Positions 1 through 9,779 of a stretch of 64,000 nucleotides of DNA are shown here, piece by piece (the first letter of the stretch is position 1; the number at the start of each line of letters is the position of its first letter). The notes beneath the pieces are model-generated. The model was not told the origin of the DNA. It ran no database searches and saw nothing but the letters and a program-made list of their open reading frames with translations. The DNA comes from Candidatus Beckwithbacteria bacterium (GTDB lineage Bacteria; Patescibacteriota; Microgenomatia; UBA1400; UBA1449). Position numbers and translations under genes: made by a program. The DNA lies in contig JAAZOH010000040.1 in NCBI GenBank assembly GCA_012797845.1, forward strand, positions 57,072-121,071. The letters are read 5' to 3'.

Positions 1-345
1 AACAAACGGAAATAGTTTGATGGTTTCGGTTAGGTAGTTAAAAACAGCGTGAGCAAAAATTAAGAATGGGAAAAAGGGGTACTGACCATGATCCGAATCG
101 ATAAAGTAAAAATCAATGCCGTGACGCAAATGCCAACCGGCTCCGGAAAACAACATCACATCAGTAATCTCTTTTTTAATCAGAGCAATAGTTAGTAACT
201 GTAATCCCAACACTCCCCAAAATAAATATTGGTAATTAAGTTTTTTTAATCGTTTGCTAATCTTGGGAATAAATAGCAAACTAAATAAAATAGTATATAA
301 AGCAAAGAAGATTACAAATTCCTGGGTAAAGTTGGCAAATAGCAT
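1..345 (-). CDS. N-terminal part of a polytopic membrane protein, probably a GT-C (GT87-like) glycosyltransferase; runs off the window
   Basis: My translation from ATG 345: MLFANFTQEFVIFFALYTILFSLL...TDVMLFSGAGWHLRHGIDFY...YPFFPFLIF. Open to the window edge; TM helices followed by a D...YP loop as in GT-C enzymes. Confidence 0.6.
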   Translation of the reverse strand, partial: MLFANFTQEFVIFFALYTILFSLLFIPKISKRLKKLNYQYLFWGVLGLQLLTIALIKKEITDVMLFSGAGWHLRHGIDFYFIDSDHGQYPFFPFLIFAHAVFNYLTETIKLFPFV

Positions 346-421
346 AATTTATTTCATTGTAGCTTAATTAGTATTCTTTTCTAAACATTAGTACAATATA
401 ACAATTACAAATTATTAACTT

Positions 422-499
422 TGTCATCCTGAACTTGTTTCAGGATCCATGTATATAAGCTGTTTTGAGACATAGATTCCTGCCTTCGCAGGAATGACA
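422..499. repeat. Paired GTCAT-tagged palindromic repeat (REP/RPE-like)
   Basis: TGTCATCCTGAACTTGTTTCAGGATCC (422-448) and inverted GATTCCTGCCTTCGCAGGAATGACA (475-499); related copies at 15761, 19452, 53248 and 56173. Confidence 0.8.
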
Positions 500-502
500 A
501 AG

Positions 503-1972
503 ATGAAAGATTCTGCAATTAAAGCACATATGGCAAAAAACATCGCTACCCGCGCCACTAGATCTGTTATTGCTTTGACTTCCAGAACCTTTTTTCTTAA
601 TGTTGTCAATTTTTTAGGCGCCTTTGCCCTGACTATTTTTCTATCTCCTAAAGATTTTGGTATTTTTATTATCACTTCAACTATTGTTGATATTTTGACT
701 TATTTTTCCGATATTGGCTTGGCCGGAGCTTTAATCCAGAAAAAGAAAAAGCTTAAAAAATCTGAGATTAGTGCTACTTTCACGATTCAAATGGGTTTAG
801 TGTTGTTTTTAATTGTTGTAGCTTTTATCTTTCGCTATCAAATCAAAGATTTTTACGAATTGGATCAAATTGGGCTGGTGCTTTTATATGCCCTACTGCT
901 GTCTTTTTTCTTATCTTCTCTAAAAACGATTCCTTCGGTACTTTCCGAGCGAAAATTACGGTTTAATAATATTGTCATTCCTCAAGTTATTGAAGCCTTA
1001 GCTTTTAACAGTATTATTGTCGTTTTAGCTTGGCAGGGTTTTGGGGTTAAAAGCTATATTTGGGCTGTGTTAGCTAGAGCCCTTTCCGGAACCATTGCCA
1101 TTTATATTTTAGTGCCCTGGAAACCCAGCCTAAGTTTTAATTTTAAAGCTGTAAAGGGTTTGCTTAATTTCGGTATTCCTTTTCAGGCTAATAGTTTGAT
1201 TGCAGTTTTTAAAGACCGGGTTTCTTTATTAATTCTGGCTAAGATTATTGGCGTTGGTGGGATGGGTATCTTAGGTTGGGCTGAAAAATGGGCCAATTTG
1301 CCTTTGCGCTACTTTTTGGATTCTATGGTCAAAGTTTCCTTCCCACTCTTTTCCAGATTGCAGCATGATTTAGAAAAAGCCAAACAAGCTTTGGAACAAT
1401 CGGTTCACTTTATTACTGTCATGGTTTTTCCTTCTTTAGCCGGTGCTTACCTGCTGATGCCCCAAATTATTGATATTATTCCCAAGTATTCTAAATGGGA
1501 ACCGGGTTTATCTACTTTTAATTTATTTTTGATCTCAGCTGCCATTGCTTCAGTCTCAACCTTTTTGACCAATTTCTTGACCGCTATTGGCAAAGTCAAA
1601 ACTACCATGGGCTTGATGTTTATGTGGGCTACCTTGACTCTAACGCTCTATCCTCTTTTTGCTTATAAATTCGGTTACCACGGAGTTGCTATCGCTTCAA
1701 TTACTGTTGCTCTTACTTCTATCGTTCCCTACCTTATGGTCCGAAAAATAGTCAAGGTTGATTTATTCCGACCCATTGCTATTCCGCTACTGGCTTCGCT
1801 AGTTATGCTGGCAGTTTTAAGCCCAATTTTACCCAATTTTAAACCTGGTCTTGTCAAACTTATTGGTACCATTATTTCCGGCGGCGTGATCTATGGCGCA
1901 ATTTTATATATACTAGATGGCAAAAGATTAAGTCTACAAATTCGTAAATTTATAGCCTATGCCAAACAATAA
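503..1972 (+). CDS. wzx: Wzx/MOP-family oligosaccharide flippase
   Basis: Many TM helices; LSPKDFG, DIGLAGALIQ, FGIPF and FPLFSRLQ motifs. Start moved from 494 (inside the repeat) to ATG 503. Confidence 0.85.
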   Translation: MKDSAIKAHMAKNIATRATRSVIALTSRTFFLNVVNFLGAFALTIFLSPKDFGIFIITSTIVDILTYFSDIGLAGALIQKKKKLKKSEISATFTIQMGLVLFLIVVAFIFRYQIKDFYELDQIGLVLLYALLLSFFLSSLKTIPSVLSERKLRFNNIVIPQVIEALAFNSIIVVLAWQGFGVKSYIWAVLARALSGTIAIYILVPWKPSLSFNFKAVKGLLNFGIPFQANSLIAVFKDRVSLLILAKIIGVGGMGILGWAEKWANLPLRYFLDSMVKVSFPLFSRLQHDLEKAKQALEQSVHFITVMVFPSLAGAYLLMPQIIDIIPKYSKWEPGLSTFNLFLISAAIASVSTFLTNFLTAIGKVKTTMGLMFMWATLTLTLYPLFAYKFGYHGVAIASITVALTSIVPYLMVRKIVKVDLFRPIAIPLLASLVMLAVLSPILPNFKPGLVKLIGTIISGGVIYGAILYILDGKRLSLQIRKFIAYAKQ

Positions 1973-2873
1973 ACTTTCAATCTGTTTACTCGCCCGCAAT
2001 GAAGCAGCCAATATTGCCCGAGCTTTAGAATCTGTTAAAAACCTAGCCGATGAAATTGTAGTAGTAGTTGATCAAACTACTACCGACAATACCGCTCAAA
2101 TTGCTAAAAAATATACTAAAAAAGTCTTCGTCAAAACTCATCAGGAGCAATTTCATGTCAACAAACAAATCGCTATCAATCTGGCTAAAAATGAGTGGGT
2201 TTTATGGCTAGATGCTGATGAAAAAGTCAGTCCGGCCTTGGCAAAAGAAATTAAAAGAGTCTTAGAAAATCCTGCTTATGATGGCTATGAAATTCCTCGG
2301 AAAAATCTGCTCTTTGGTAAATGGATGAAGTACTCTAATTGGTATCCGGACTATCAGCTCCGGCTTTTCAAAAAAAGCCAAATCACTTTTCCTTGCGAGC
2401 ATATTCACGAACATCCGGAAATAGATGGTCAAAAAGCCAAGCTTAATCATCATCTCTATCACTACAACTACCAAACCATTAGCCAGTTTATTGATAAACT
2501 TAACCGCTATACTAGCGCTGATGCTACATATTTTGCCAAACAAATTCATCCACCCTTTACTTCCCAACTGATCAAACGTCCTTTTGATGAGTTTCTGCGC
2601 CGCTTCTTTGCTTTCCATGGTTATAAAGATGGCATTCATGGTTTAGCCTTAGCTCTGCTCCAAGCTTTTTACGAACTGGTTGTTGTTTTAAAAGTCTGGG
2701 AACTGAAGAAATTTGATACGACCTATGAAAAGAAAACCTTAGCTACCGTTCAAACCCAAACTACCACTATAGCTAAAGATTTTTACTGGTGGATCAAAGA
2801 AGTTGCTATAAATAAAGCCGCTAACCCCTTGCAAAAATTAAACTTGAAAGTGAAGAGAAAAATCGGTTTATAA
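1959..2873 (+). CDS. GT2 glycosyltransferase (LgtF/KdtX-like)
   Basis: LSICLLARNE, WVLWLDADE, YPDYQLRLF and IHEH motifs. Confidence 0.85.
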   Translation: MPNNKLSICLLARNEAANIARALESVKNLADEIVVVVDQTTTDNTAQIAKKYTKKVFVKTHQEQFHVNKQIAINLAKNEWVLWLDADEKVSPALAKEIKRVLENPAYDGYEIPRKNLLFGKWMKYSNWYPDYQLRLFKKSQITFPCEHIHEHPEIDGQKAKLNHHLYHYNYQTISQFIDKLNRYTSADATYFAKQIHPPFTSQLIKRPFDEFLRRFFAFHGYKDGIHGLALALLQAFYELVVVLKVWELKKFDTTYEKKTLATVQTQTTTIAKDFYWWIKEVAINKAANPLQKLNLKVKRKIGL

Positions 2874-2877
2874 CTAT

Positions 2878-3270
2878 ATGGAAATTAAGAATATTTTAGA
2901 GATAATTGAAAAAAAGCCTTTACCTATTGTAATTATTTTTTCAATTCTAATTCTTCCTTTTGCAATAAATCAGTAGGTTAATTTATTTCCTAACCACTGG
3001 ATATTAACATTAATTCTTGTCTTTATTTGGGGGATTTCATTATATTTTCAGTCAAACGAAGTAAGGGATTGGAAAAGAAAAACAAGGCTTGTTAGTTACT
3101 TAAAAAGACATGGTCCATGGAGAAGCATAAAACATTTGACAACAGAGTGGTATACAAAAGATGATTACTCCGAAAAAATAATTCAAAAACTAATTAAGAA
3201 ATACCCTGAAGAATTAAATGATGTTCCTATGAAAAAATATGGGCCTGGGGTTGGAATAAATAAAAAATAA
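2878..3270 (+). pseudogene. Two-TM membrane protein gene (131 codons) interrupted by one in-frame TAG
   Basis: ATG 2878 MEIKNILE...FAINQ, TAG 2974-2976, then the same frame continues VNLFPNHWILTLILVFIWG... to TAA 3270. Absent from the ORF track. Confidence 0.6.
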
Positions 3271-3279
3271 ATTATACGA

Positions 3280-3543
3280 CTAATTCTTATTCTCTTCTCG
3301 CATCCTATCAGCAACTTCCCACATAAACCCTATGTGTTTCATTGCAATTTCTTCATCTACTAAACCTAATACTGCAACCTCTGTCCAAAGAAGTGCTAAT
3401 TGATCAAATACGGCTGCTGATGGAGGAATTTGAGATAGTGCAACAGCTCGATCTAAAATAGATTGATAAGTACCGCTACCATCAGAACTTATGGCTTGAG
3501 AAAAATCATTCAAAAGTTGGTCATTTTCAGAATTACCTTTCAT
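3280..3543 (-). CDS. Hypothetical protein (87 aa)
   Basis: Fills the gap and has protein-like composition; no motif recognised. Confidence 0.55.
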   Translation of the reverse strand: MKGNSENDQLLNDFSQAISSDGSGTYQSILDRAVALSQIPPSAAVFDQLALLWTEVAVLGLVDEEIAMKHIGFMWEVADRMREENKN

Positions 3544-3736
3544 ATTATTGGATAATTTATAGGATTAAGTATTAAAAGTCAATATTTTGTTTATTTGAAA
3601 AACTTACTATTTAAACCAATTTTTCCAATTTTCATAATTTCAAAAACTAGCATCCTTTGACTAGAAAGAAGAAATATAATCCTATAATATGTTGATTATT
3701 ATATTTTTTTATACTATAATTCAACTCTCTAAAAAT

Positions 3737-4681
3737 ATGCACGGCAGAGAATTTCAAGTACTACTATCGCCAGAAGAATTGATGGGTTATGCTGCTGCTC
3801 AAATTGCTAGGATAAATCATCTTAAAGCTAATGAAGTTCAGACTATCGAAGTTGCTGCTTTAGCCTCCATACTAACTGGTAATACTGATTTTCTTGGTTC
3901 AACACAAGCAAAGGATTTGCTTCTTTCATGTTCTTATTATCCTGATCTAATAAATTTTTTATTTCGAAAATACCTTGGATTAGATAAGCTTGAAAGAGGA
4001 AGAGAGATGCAAGAGAAAGGAACTTGTTTGATATTGGGTGCCGAATTGCTTTTAAATACTCCAGTTTTAAGTACAACATATGGGTTGTTTTTTCCTTCTT
4101 ATTCAGAATTATTACAAAGATATCGAGAAGAGAACCCTGTTTTACCTGAGGGTTATTCATCGCTCTTAGTTGGAGCCATGAGCACCAATACAATATTTGA
4201 GTTCCAAGCGTTAAATAAGGCTTTCTTTCCTAATGGACATACGTATGTAATTGACTTAGAAGGGGTAACACTTGGAGCAACTGATAATTTTGTTTTAGGG
4301 GACGGTTACCATTTACCATACGGAGTTGATTCTTTTAGTACAATTCAAACCAACTATTTACTACATTCGTTAAGAGAACCAAAAAATCCTGAGCAACACA
4401 TAAAACTTTTTGCTGAATTTTATCGTGTTCTTAAACCAGGCGGTTGCGTTTTATCGGTAGAAGGACGTCTTAATAAGATTTCCGATGGTACAACTGTTGA
4501 GCAAATTAGACAAGAGCTACAATCTGAATTAAGGGAAGCAGGCTTTCAAAATCTTAATATAGGTTATGGTTATGCTTTTGCTTCAAGATCGGGGGTTATT
4601 AAGTCACTTTGTGGCTCACCAATATATGATCAACCAGTTGAACCAGAAGCCTCTGCTTTGCAAATTTATGCAAAAAAATAA
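3737..4681 (+). CDS. Class I SAM-dependent methyltransferase domain protein
   Basis: GDGYHLPY and FYRVLKPGG motifs in the C-terminal half; likely start MHGREF at 3737 (track start 3689). Confidence 0.7.
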   Translation: MHGREFQVLLSPEELMGYAAAQIARINHLKANEVQTIEVAALASILTGNTDFLGSTQAKDLLLSCSYYPDLINFLFRKYLGLDKLERGREMQEKGTCLILGAELLLNTPVLSTTYGLFFPSYSELLQRYREENPVLPEGYSSLLVGAMSTNTIFEFQALNKAFFPNGHTYVIDLEGVTLGATDNFVLGDGYHLPYGVDSFSTIQTNYLLHSLREPKNPEQHIKLFAEFYRVLKPGGCVLSVEGRLNKISDGTTVEQIRQELQSELREAGFQNLNIGYGYAFASRSGVIKSLCGSPIYDQPVEPEASALQIYAKK

Positions 4682-6405
4682 GAGTTATGTAAAAATTTTT
4701 GCTTACTATTTTTACTAAAAAGTATTATCCCTCCTAAGCTCATCGCCGCAATTATCGAAACCAAATCACTCCACAGATTTATCCCCTGCTCACTCCAAAA
4801 CATCTTAATCTCACTTTGGCCTTGAGCAACAGGGCAAACATAAAGATTATCTTCAATTTTACAATCTAACTTTTGCCCATTGCTAGTAAATTGCCAGCTG
4901 GGAAAGTAAAAGCGGTTAATTTTGATTTCACCAGCTTTACTAAAGTTAGCTTTCAGGACAATTTGATTTGCATTATTAGTCACAACATCAATAGTGCCTT
5001 CACCTTTAACTAGTTCGGTTAAGGCTTTAGCTGGTTGCATATGTTCCCAATCAGTCCCAGATGGTACATAGTCAGGCAAAATTCCACTCATCCGCCAGGC
5101 AATAAAACTGGCAGTGGGCTCAAAAATACTACCGGATTCAATTAGGTCTTTAGGCCGAAAATACTGACTATTCAAAGCAATAGTGACAATAAGGAAAATA
5201 GTAATAAGAGGAGCTGCCTTTTTGAAGCTCGCAACATAAGCCGTCAAAAGCGCTAAGAAAAACGAAGCCACCCCCAAAAACCGCCAAGGAAACTGGATAA
5301 AACTAACTAACGGCAAACGCTCCCACAAGCGTTGAGATTTAAAGTTAGTCAAAGCTATAGCCAGTAGCAGAGCCAATCCAAATAAAACTAAAGTCTGTAG
5401 TTCCTGCTTTTTTTCTTGTGTTTTTTTAGCAACGTAAAAATAAATTATCAAAACTGTAGCTAGTACAGCCATAATGACGATATCATTACCCAGATAAAAA
5501 GACATATCATCTTCAATCCCTAAGACTGAACCGCCATATTTCCAATTAGGAACAAATAGTTGCCGAAAATACAGAAAGTGTAATTTAAAATAGCTAAACC
5601 CCTCAGTCAGACTGCTGGCCCGCGTATAGCCTTTTTGCACAAAAGCCGGAATCAAGAAAAAAGCTGATACCGCCACTGATTGCACTACTGATAATGCCAG
5701 TAAATACCATAGTTTTAGTTTTTTTGATAACAGTAAAATCCCCAAACTTACTCCTCCCCAAAACGGCATAAAAGTCACGATACTGACATTGTGTGACAAC
5801 AAAATAGCAAGCAAAGTCAAAGTTAAACCTATATAAGGCTTCAGTTTTTTTTCTGAGTTAATTAGTGTGACTACAAAATAAAAACTCCAGGGGATCAGAG
5901 CAACAGCCAAATATTCAGCCCAAGCGCCCCGCACATAAAGATTGACCGCATGATAAGGTGCGAGCGTAAATGTGGTAGCAGCCAGCAACCCTCCCCAATG
6001 GTTCGTCAGTTTTTTAGCTAGAAGATACATGCCATAAAAGCCAAATAAAGTAATGAGAACTAAGATAATTTTCAGAGAAGTCATCAAAGAAAAACCAAGC
6101 AGGTATGGAATTTCTGCCAGATAAAAAAATAAGGGGGCATAAAACTGAAACAGTGGCATTCCAAAACCAAAGCCAAAATTTTGCGACCAACGGGGTGGAA
6201 ATTGCTCTGCTTTAAATGTTTGATCCAGCTCAAAGAGCCGTGACGGTGAAGTAAAATCATGAACCGTAAAAACCTTATCAGTCAGCAAAGGTTTAGCAAC
6301 TAAAATATTGACAACAGCCAAAACAATAATAAAACTAATGGTTTTGACTTGATGTTTATCAAGCCAGTTATTGAGCTTGCCAATTTGTGCGATTATTGAT
6401 TTCAT
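4666..6405 (-). CDS. GT-C membrane glycosyltransferase (YfhO/PTPS-related-domain type)
   Basis: HD...PPRW...GFGMPLFQFYAPL, APYHAVNLYVRGAWAE, IQFPWRFL and YFPSW motifs; start MKSII. Confidence 0.75.
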   Translation of the reverse strand: MKSIIAQIGKLNNWLDKHQVKTISFIIVLAVVNILVAKPLLTDKVFTVHDFTSPSRLFELDQTFKAEQFPPRWSQNFGFGFGMPLFQFYAPLFFYLAEIPYLLGFSLMTSLKIILVLITLFGFYGMYLLAKKLTNHWGGLLAATTFTLAPYHAVNLYVRGAWAEYLAVALIPWSFYFVVTLINSEKKLKPYIGLTLTLLAILLSHNVSIVTFMPFWGGVSLGILLLSKKLKLWYLLALSVVQSVAVSAFFLIPAFVQKGYTRASSLTEGFSYFKLHFLYFRQLFVPNWKYGGSVLGIEDDMSFYLGNDIVIMAVLATVLIIYFYVAKKTQEKKQELQTLVLFGLALLLAIALTNFKSQRLWERLPLVSFIQFPWRFLGVASFFLALLTAYVASFKKAAPLITIFLIVTIALNSQYFRPKDLIESGSIFEPTASFIAWRMSGILPDYVPSGTDWEHMQPAKALTELVKGEGTIDVVTNNANQIVLKANFSKAGEIKINRFYFPSWQFTSNGQKLDCKIEDNLYVCPVAQGQSEIKMFWSEQGINLWSDLVSIIAAMSLGGIILFSKNSKQKFLHNSYFFA

Positions 6406-7837
6406 AAACTTGCAACGGTGCTCCGTCATTTAGTTTTGGATAATTTTTAATAAGTTTCATTTTCTCACGACTGGCTAAATCAATCCGGTTTTCATTCCCC
6501 ACATAGTAAATTTGTTCAGCCTTTGCTTGCAAAATCGTATCTACAAAATTCTCAGAAGCCGGCCCTCCAATTCCCACAACTTCCATATTATGCCAGTTGG
6601 AATTACCTTCCAGCAAGACAAATAGACCATCCGGCAGTGTTCCAAAGTAACCTTCAGTCAAGATTAAAATCTTTTTGTTTTGAGCTTCCTTAGCTAAAAA
6701 CTGCGAAGCTTCGCGCAAGCCAATCCCGCTTGACCATTCCCATAAATATTGCTGTTGATCAGCTTTTGCCAAATGAGCTGTCAAGGGATTGCTTAAGGTC
6801 TTATAATCAGCTGAGACTGCAAATAAGATAATCAAAAGTAAAGCTATAGCTTTAGGAATTTTGCCAATAGTTTGTAGGCAAAACGCAGCTAGGAACGGAA
6901 TTGTAAATCCTAAAAATAGATAGTATCTGGGTGTAACTACCTTGCCTAAAATAAGAAACGGAGCCGCAAACATCACTGAAACTAAAATCAAATTGATAAT
7001 TAATTTATTCTTTTTAACAATACCCAAAACAATCCCAGCAATAGCTAAAATAATAACGACCCAACCTTCATAAAATACCAACCAAGATCCTAAATGCCCA
7101 AAATTGCCAGCAATCTGATCACGTTGTCCAGCCAAAACTTCAGTCACTTGAAAGCTAAAATCCTCAGACCGGTTCATGAGATATGGAAACCAAACACTGA
7201 CTTTGAGACTCAAAATTACTAAACAAGCTAAAACGGTGGTAATTAAAGCAGCTATGAATGTTTTTTTATTTCGTTCAAATATAAGTGTGCTTAGTAAAGG
7301 AAAGGGAACCAAAAACAGCGCTGGAGTTTTAGTCCAAAAAGCCAGACCCAATAACAAACCAGTTGCGATAATTCGAGAATAGTTTTTCAGCTGAGTCCAG
7401 GCCAAAACAGCTCCTAAAAGCAAGGCTGCCAGCAAGGTATCCATCAGCGCCATTCGCCCATGAAAGAAAACAAATGGAGAAATAATAATTAGTAAAAATC
7501 CGGTTTTTAACCAAAGCAGTTCTTTTTTGGTCTTTGCTAAAAAATATATTCCTATTCCTAGTGCAAAAAGAGCTAGCACTGAAACTAGCCGGCCTGAGAA
7601 AAATAAATTACCAATCAATTTAAATAGTAATCCTGTGAGCCAGATAAATAGTGGCGGTTTGCCATCAAACATGGAAATAAACGGGTTTTCTTGACCGGTT
7701 ATGACCCGATTAGCCCAGTTGAGATAAATCGCTTCATCAGCAAAAATGGGAAAGCTAGTTAGTTTATACATATAAACTCCCAAGCCCAACAGTAATGGTC
7801 CTAAAAACAAGTAATCTTTTTTACCTAAAAATTTCAT
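6368..7837 (-). CDS. ArnT/PMT-like (GT83/GT39) glycosyltransferase
   Basis: FADEAIY, DGKPPLFIW and GRLVS motifs; many TMs. Confidence 0.8.
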   Translation of the reverse strand: MKFLGKKDYLFLGPLLLGLGVYMYKLTSFPIFADEAIYLNWANRVITGQENPFISMFDGKPPLFIWLTGLLFKLIGNLFFSGRLVSVLALFALGIGIYFLAKTKKELLWLKTGFLLIIISPFVFFHGRMALMDTLLAALLLGAVLAWTQLKNYSRIIATGLLLGLAFWTKTPALFLVPFPLLSTLIFERNKKTFIAALITTVLACLVILSLKVSVWFPYLMNRSEDFSFQVTEVLAGQRDQIAGNFGHLGSWLVFYEGWVVIILAIAGIVLGIVKKNKLIINLILVSVMFAAPFLILGKVVTPRYYLFLGFTIPFLAAFCLQTIGKIPKAIALLLIILFAVSADYKTLSNPLTAHLAKADQQQYLWEWSSGIGLREASQFLAKEAQNKKILILTEGYFGTLPDGLFVLLEGNSNWHNMEVVGIGGPASENFVDTILQAKAEQIYYVGNENRIDLASREKMKLIKNYPKLNDGAPLQVYEINNRTNWQAQ

Positions 7838-8988
7838 AGTTTTTTAAATAACTCTTGTACTGGTTTAAAAAGCAAAAGTAAAAGCGGCAATCCTAAAATT
7901 ATATACCGCTGCAGTGGTACCGGCGCATCCCAGTTACCATAATAAATAAAAGGAGCATAACGCAGTAATCCACCAATAGAAAGCAGCAGGGCTAAAGCAA
8001 CCGCCCACCATTTTTTAGAAAGTAGTAATAATACAATTCCCCAATGCAAATACCAGGAATGCAGTTGCCCTGGCCGACTCAGCAAAACAATCAAAAGCGC
8101 TAAGCCTCCCCAGGTAAAAATATCAATTTTTTGTTTTAAAAAATAAAAAGGCAGTAAAACCACTGTAGCATATTTGATTGATACTGAAGCTAACCACGCT
8201 AAAAGTGCCAAAGGATACCGCTTGATACTTGGCAAAGAATCTGAGTAAAGAATTAGTAAAGACAATAAAGTGAAAGCCATCATGACACTATCGTTATGCC
8301 CCACAATAATTGTTTCAACTAAAAGCAGTGGATTTAAAACCATTATGGCTGTACGAAATAGAGCTTTTTTAGGAAAGAGTTTTAGACTCAATTTGTAAAA
8401 TAAAAAGACTTCTAAAAGGTAAAAACCTGCAACCCAAGCTTTCATCAAAAATAAACTAATAGTAAATCGAGGTAACCCTAACCACACTGGCAAGAGGGAA
8501 ATAGCCGTCCAACCATAACCGTATGGCGCGGCTGTGTGAACATTGTGCATAAACCTGACCCAAGGATCCGAAGCAAAATCCAAAGCTGTTTGTGTATGAG
8601 GATTAGCCCCATAGACCAATACCATCTTGGCATTAAATAAATAGTTAAATATATCATGAGAAAATATGGGGTATGCCAACAAGCCCAATCCTACCAGTAA
8701 CCCAATAGCAGCTAGGAGTTGAGATTTGTTCAGCGTCAGTTTACCAAGCACAATTTTGCAATAAAGACCAATCAGAAGTAGCGACAAAATCAGGAATAGT
8801 AAAGTTGCCATTGGTCGCTGATAGTAGCCCAACTCAATAAGACTATTTTGAATTTGCTGCAAAAAAGGAGTGTTAAAAATAGTCAGATTTAGATCTCGCT
8901 GGGTATAAGAATAAAGACTGACAAAAAACCAGACCAAAGCAAACAAAGCTACCCATAACCACGATTTTTTCTGAATTTGAGAATCCAT
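7834..8988 (-). CDS. GT-C polyprenol-phosphate-sugar-dependent glycosyltransferase (MptA/B-like)
   Basis: SHDIFNY, APYGYGW, LNPLLL and GHND motifs; start MDSQ lies 6 nt after TATACT. Confidence 0.7.
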   Translation of the reverse strand: MDSQIQKKSWLWVALFALVWFFVSLYSYTQRDLNLTIFNTPFLQQIQNSLIELGYYQRPMATLLFLILSLLLIGLYCKIVLGKLTLNKSQLLAAIGLLVGLGLLAYPIFSHDIFNYLFNAKMVLVYGANPHTQTALDFASDPWVRFMHNVHTAAPYGYGWTAISLLPVWLGLPRFTISLFLMKAWVAGFYLLEVFLFYKLSLKLFPKKALFRTAIMVLNPLLLVETIIVGHNDSVMMAFTLLSLLILYSDSLPSIKRYPLALLAWLASVSIKYATVVLLPFYFLKQKIDIFTWGGLALLIVLLSRPGQLHSWYLHWGIVLLLLSKKWWAVALALLLSIGGLLRYAPFIYYGNWDAPVPLQRYIILGLPLLLLLFKPVQELFKKL

Positions 8989-9026
8989 AGGTTTAGTATA
9001 CAAGAGAAAGACTAAAAAGAAGAAAT

Positions 9027-9779
9027 TTATGAGTAACGACCCATCCAGGCGTACAGCCTGATTTTGACCACATCAAAAGCCATGTGTAGCGAATCCCGCA
9101 ATGGACTAACTCGATTGGTTTCTACATGTTTCCAGTGGATAGGTACCTCAGCAATTCGAAGTCCCATTTTGCGGGCGATAAATAATAGTTCAACATCAAA
9201 CGCTCCAGTAAAGGCATGATCAATTTCTCGAGGTTTATAAACCTGAAGTTTGGAAAAAAGTTTTTTAGCTGATTTAGCCTCAAAAGCTTTAAAACCACAT
9301 TGGGTATCAGCAATGCCGCCTACCGCTAAAAGCTTAACTCCAAAGTTAAAACCTTTACCCATCATATGACGATACCACGGTTCTTTTTCCCGTTTACTCC
9401 CAGCTACTTCTCGAGAACCAATTACTACCTCTGAACCATTTTTAAGATAGGGTAAAAGTTTCTCCCATTCTTCAATAGGTGTAGCCTGGTCAAAATCAGT
9501 AAAAAGTAAGTAATTGCCCTTAGCTTCGGTTACTCCTCTAGCTACTGTCCCGGCTTTACCCATGTGTTTATTTTGAATTAAGTAAAAACCGTTATGTTTT
9601 TGGCAAAAATCTTTGATAAGAGTTGGGGAACCATCAGTACTACCATCATCAACAATTAAGACTTCCCAGCTAAATTTTTTACCAGATAAATAAGAGGCCA
9701 CAGATTCCAAGGCCTGTTTTTTAAAATTAGCAAGCTCGTTATAAGCCGGAATGATAACTGATAAAAATGGTTCTTTCAT
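9027..9779 (-). CDS. GT2 polyprenyl-phosphate hexose synthase (Alg5/DPM-like)
   Basis: SVIIPAYNE, VDDGSTD, GKAG, DTQCGFKAF and FDVELL motifs. Confidence 0.85.
   Translation of the reverse strand: MKEPFLSVIIPAYNELANFKKQALESVASYLSGKKFSWEVLIVDDGSTDGSPTLIKDFCQKHNGFYLIQNKHMGKAGTVARGVTEAKGNYLLFTDFDQATPIEEWEKLLPYLKNGSEVVIGSREVAGSKREKEPWYRHMMGKGFNFGVKLLAVGGIADTQCGFKAFEAKSAKKLFSKLQVYKPREIDHAFTGAFDVELLFIARKMGLRIAEVPIHWKHVETNRVSPLRDSLHMAFDVVKIRLYAWMGRYS

Noticed and set aside
424..675. 83-aa minus-strand ORF
   Set aside because: Antisense to wzx; its tail (VIPAKAGI) is a translation of the palindromic repeat.
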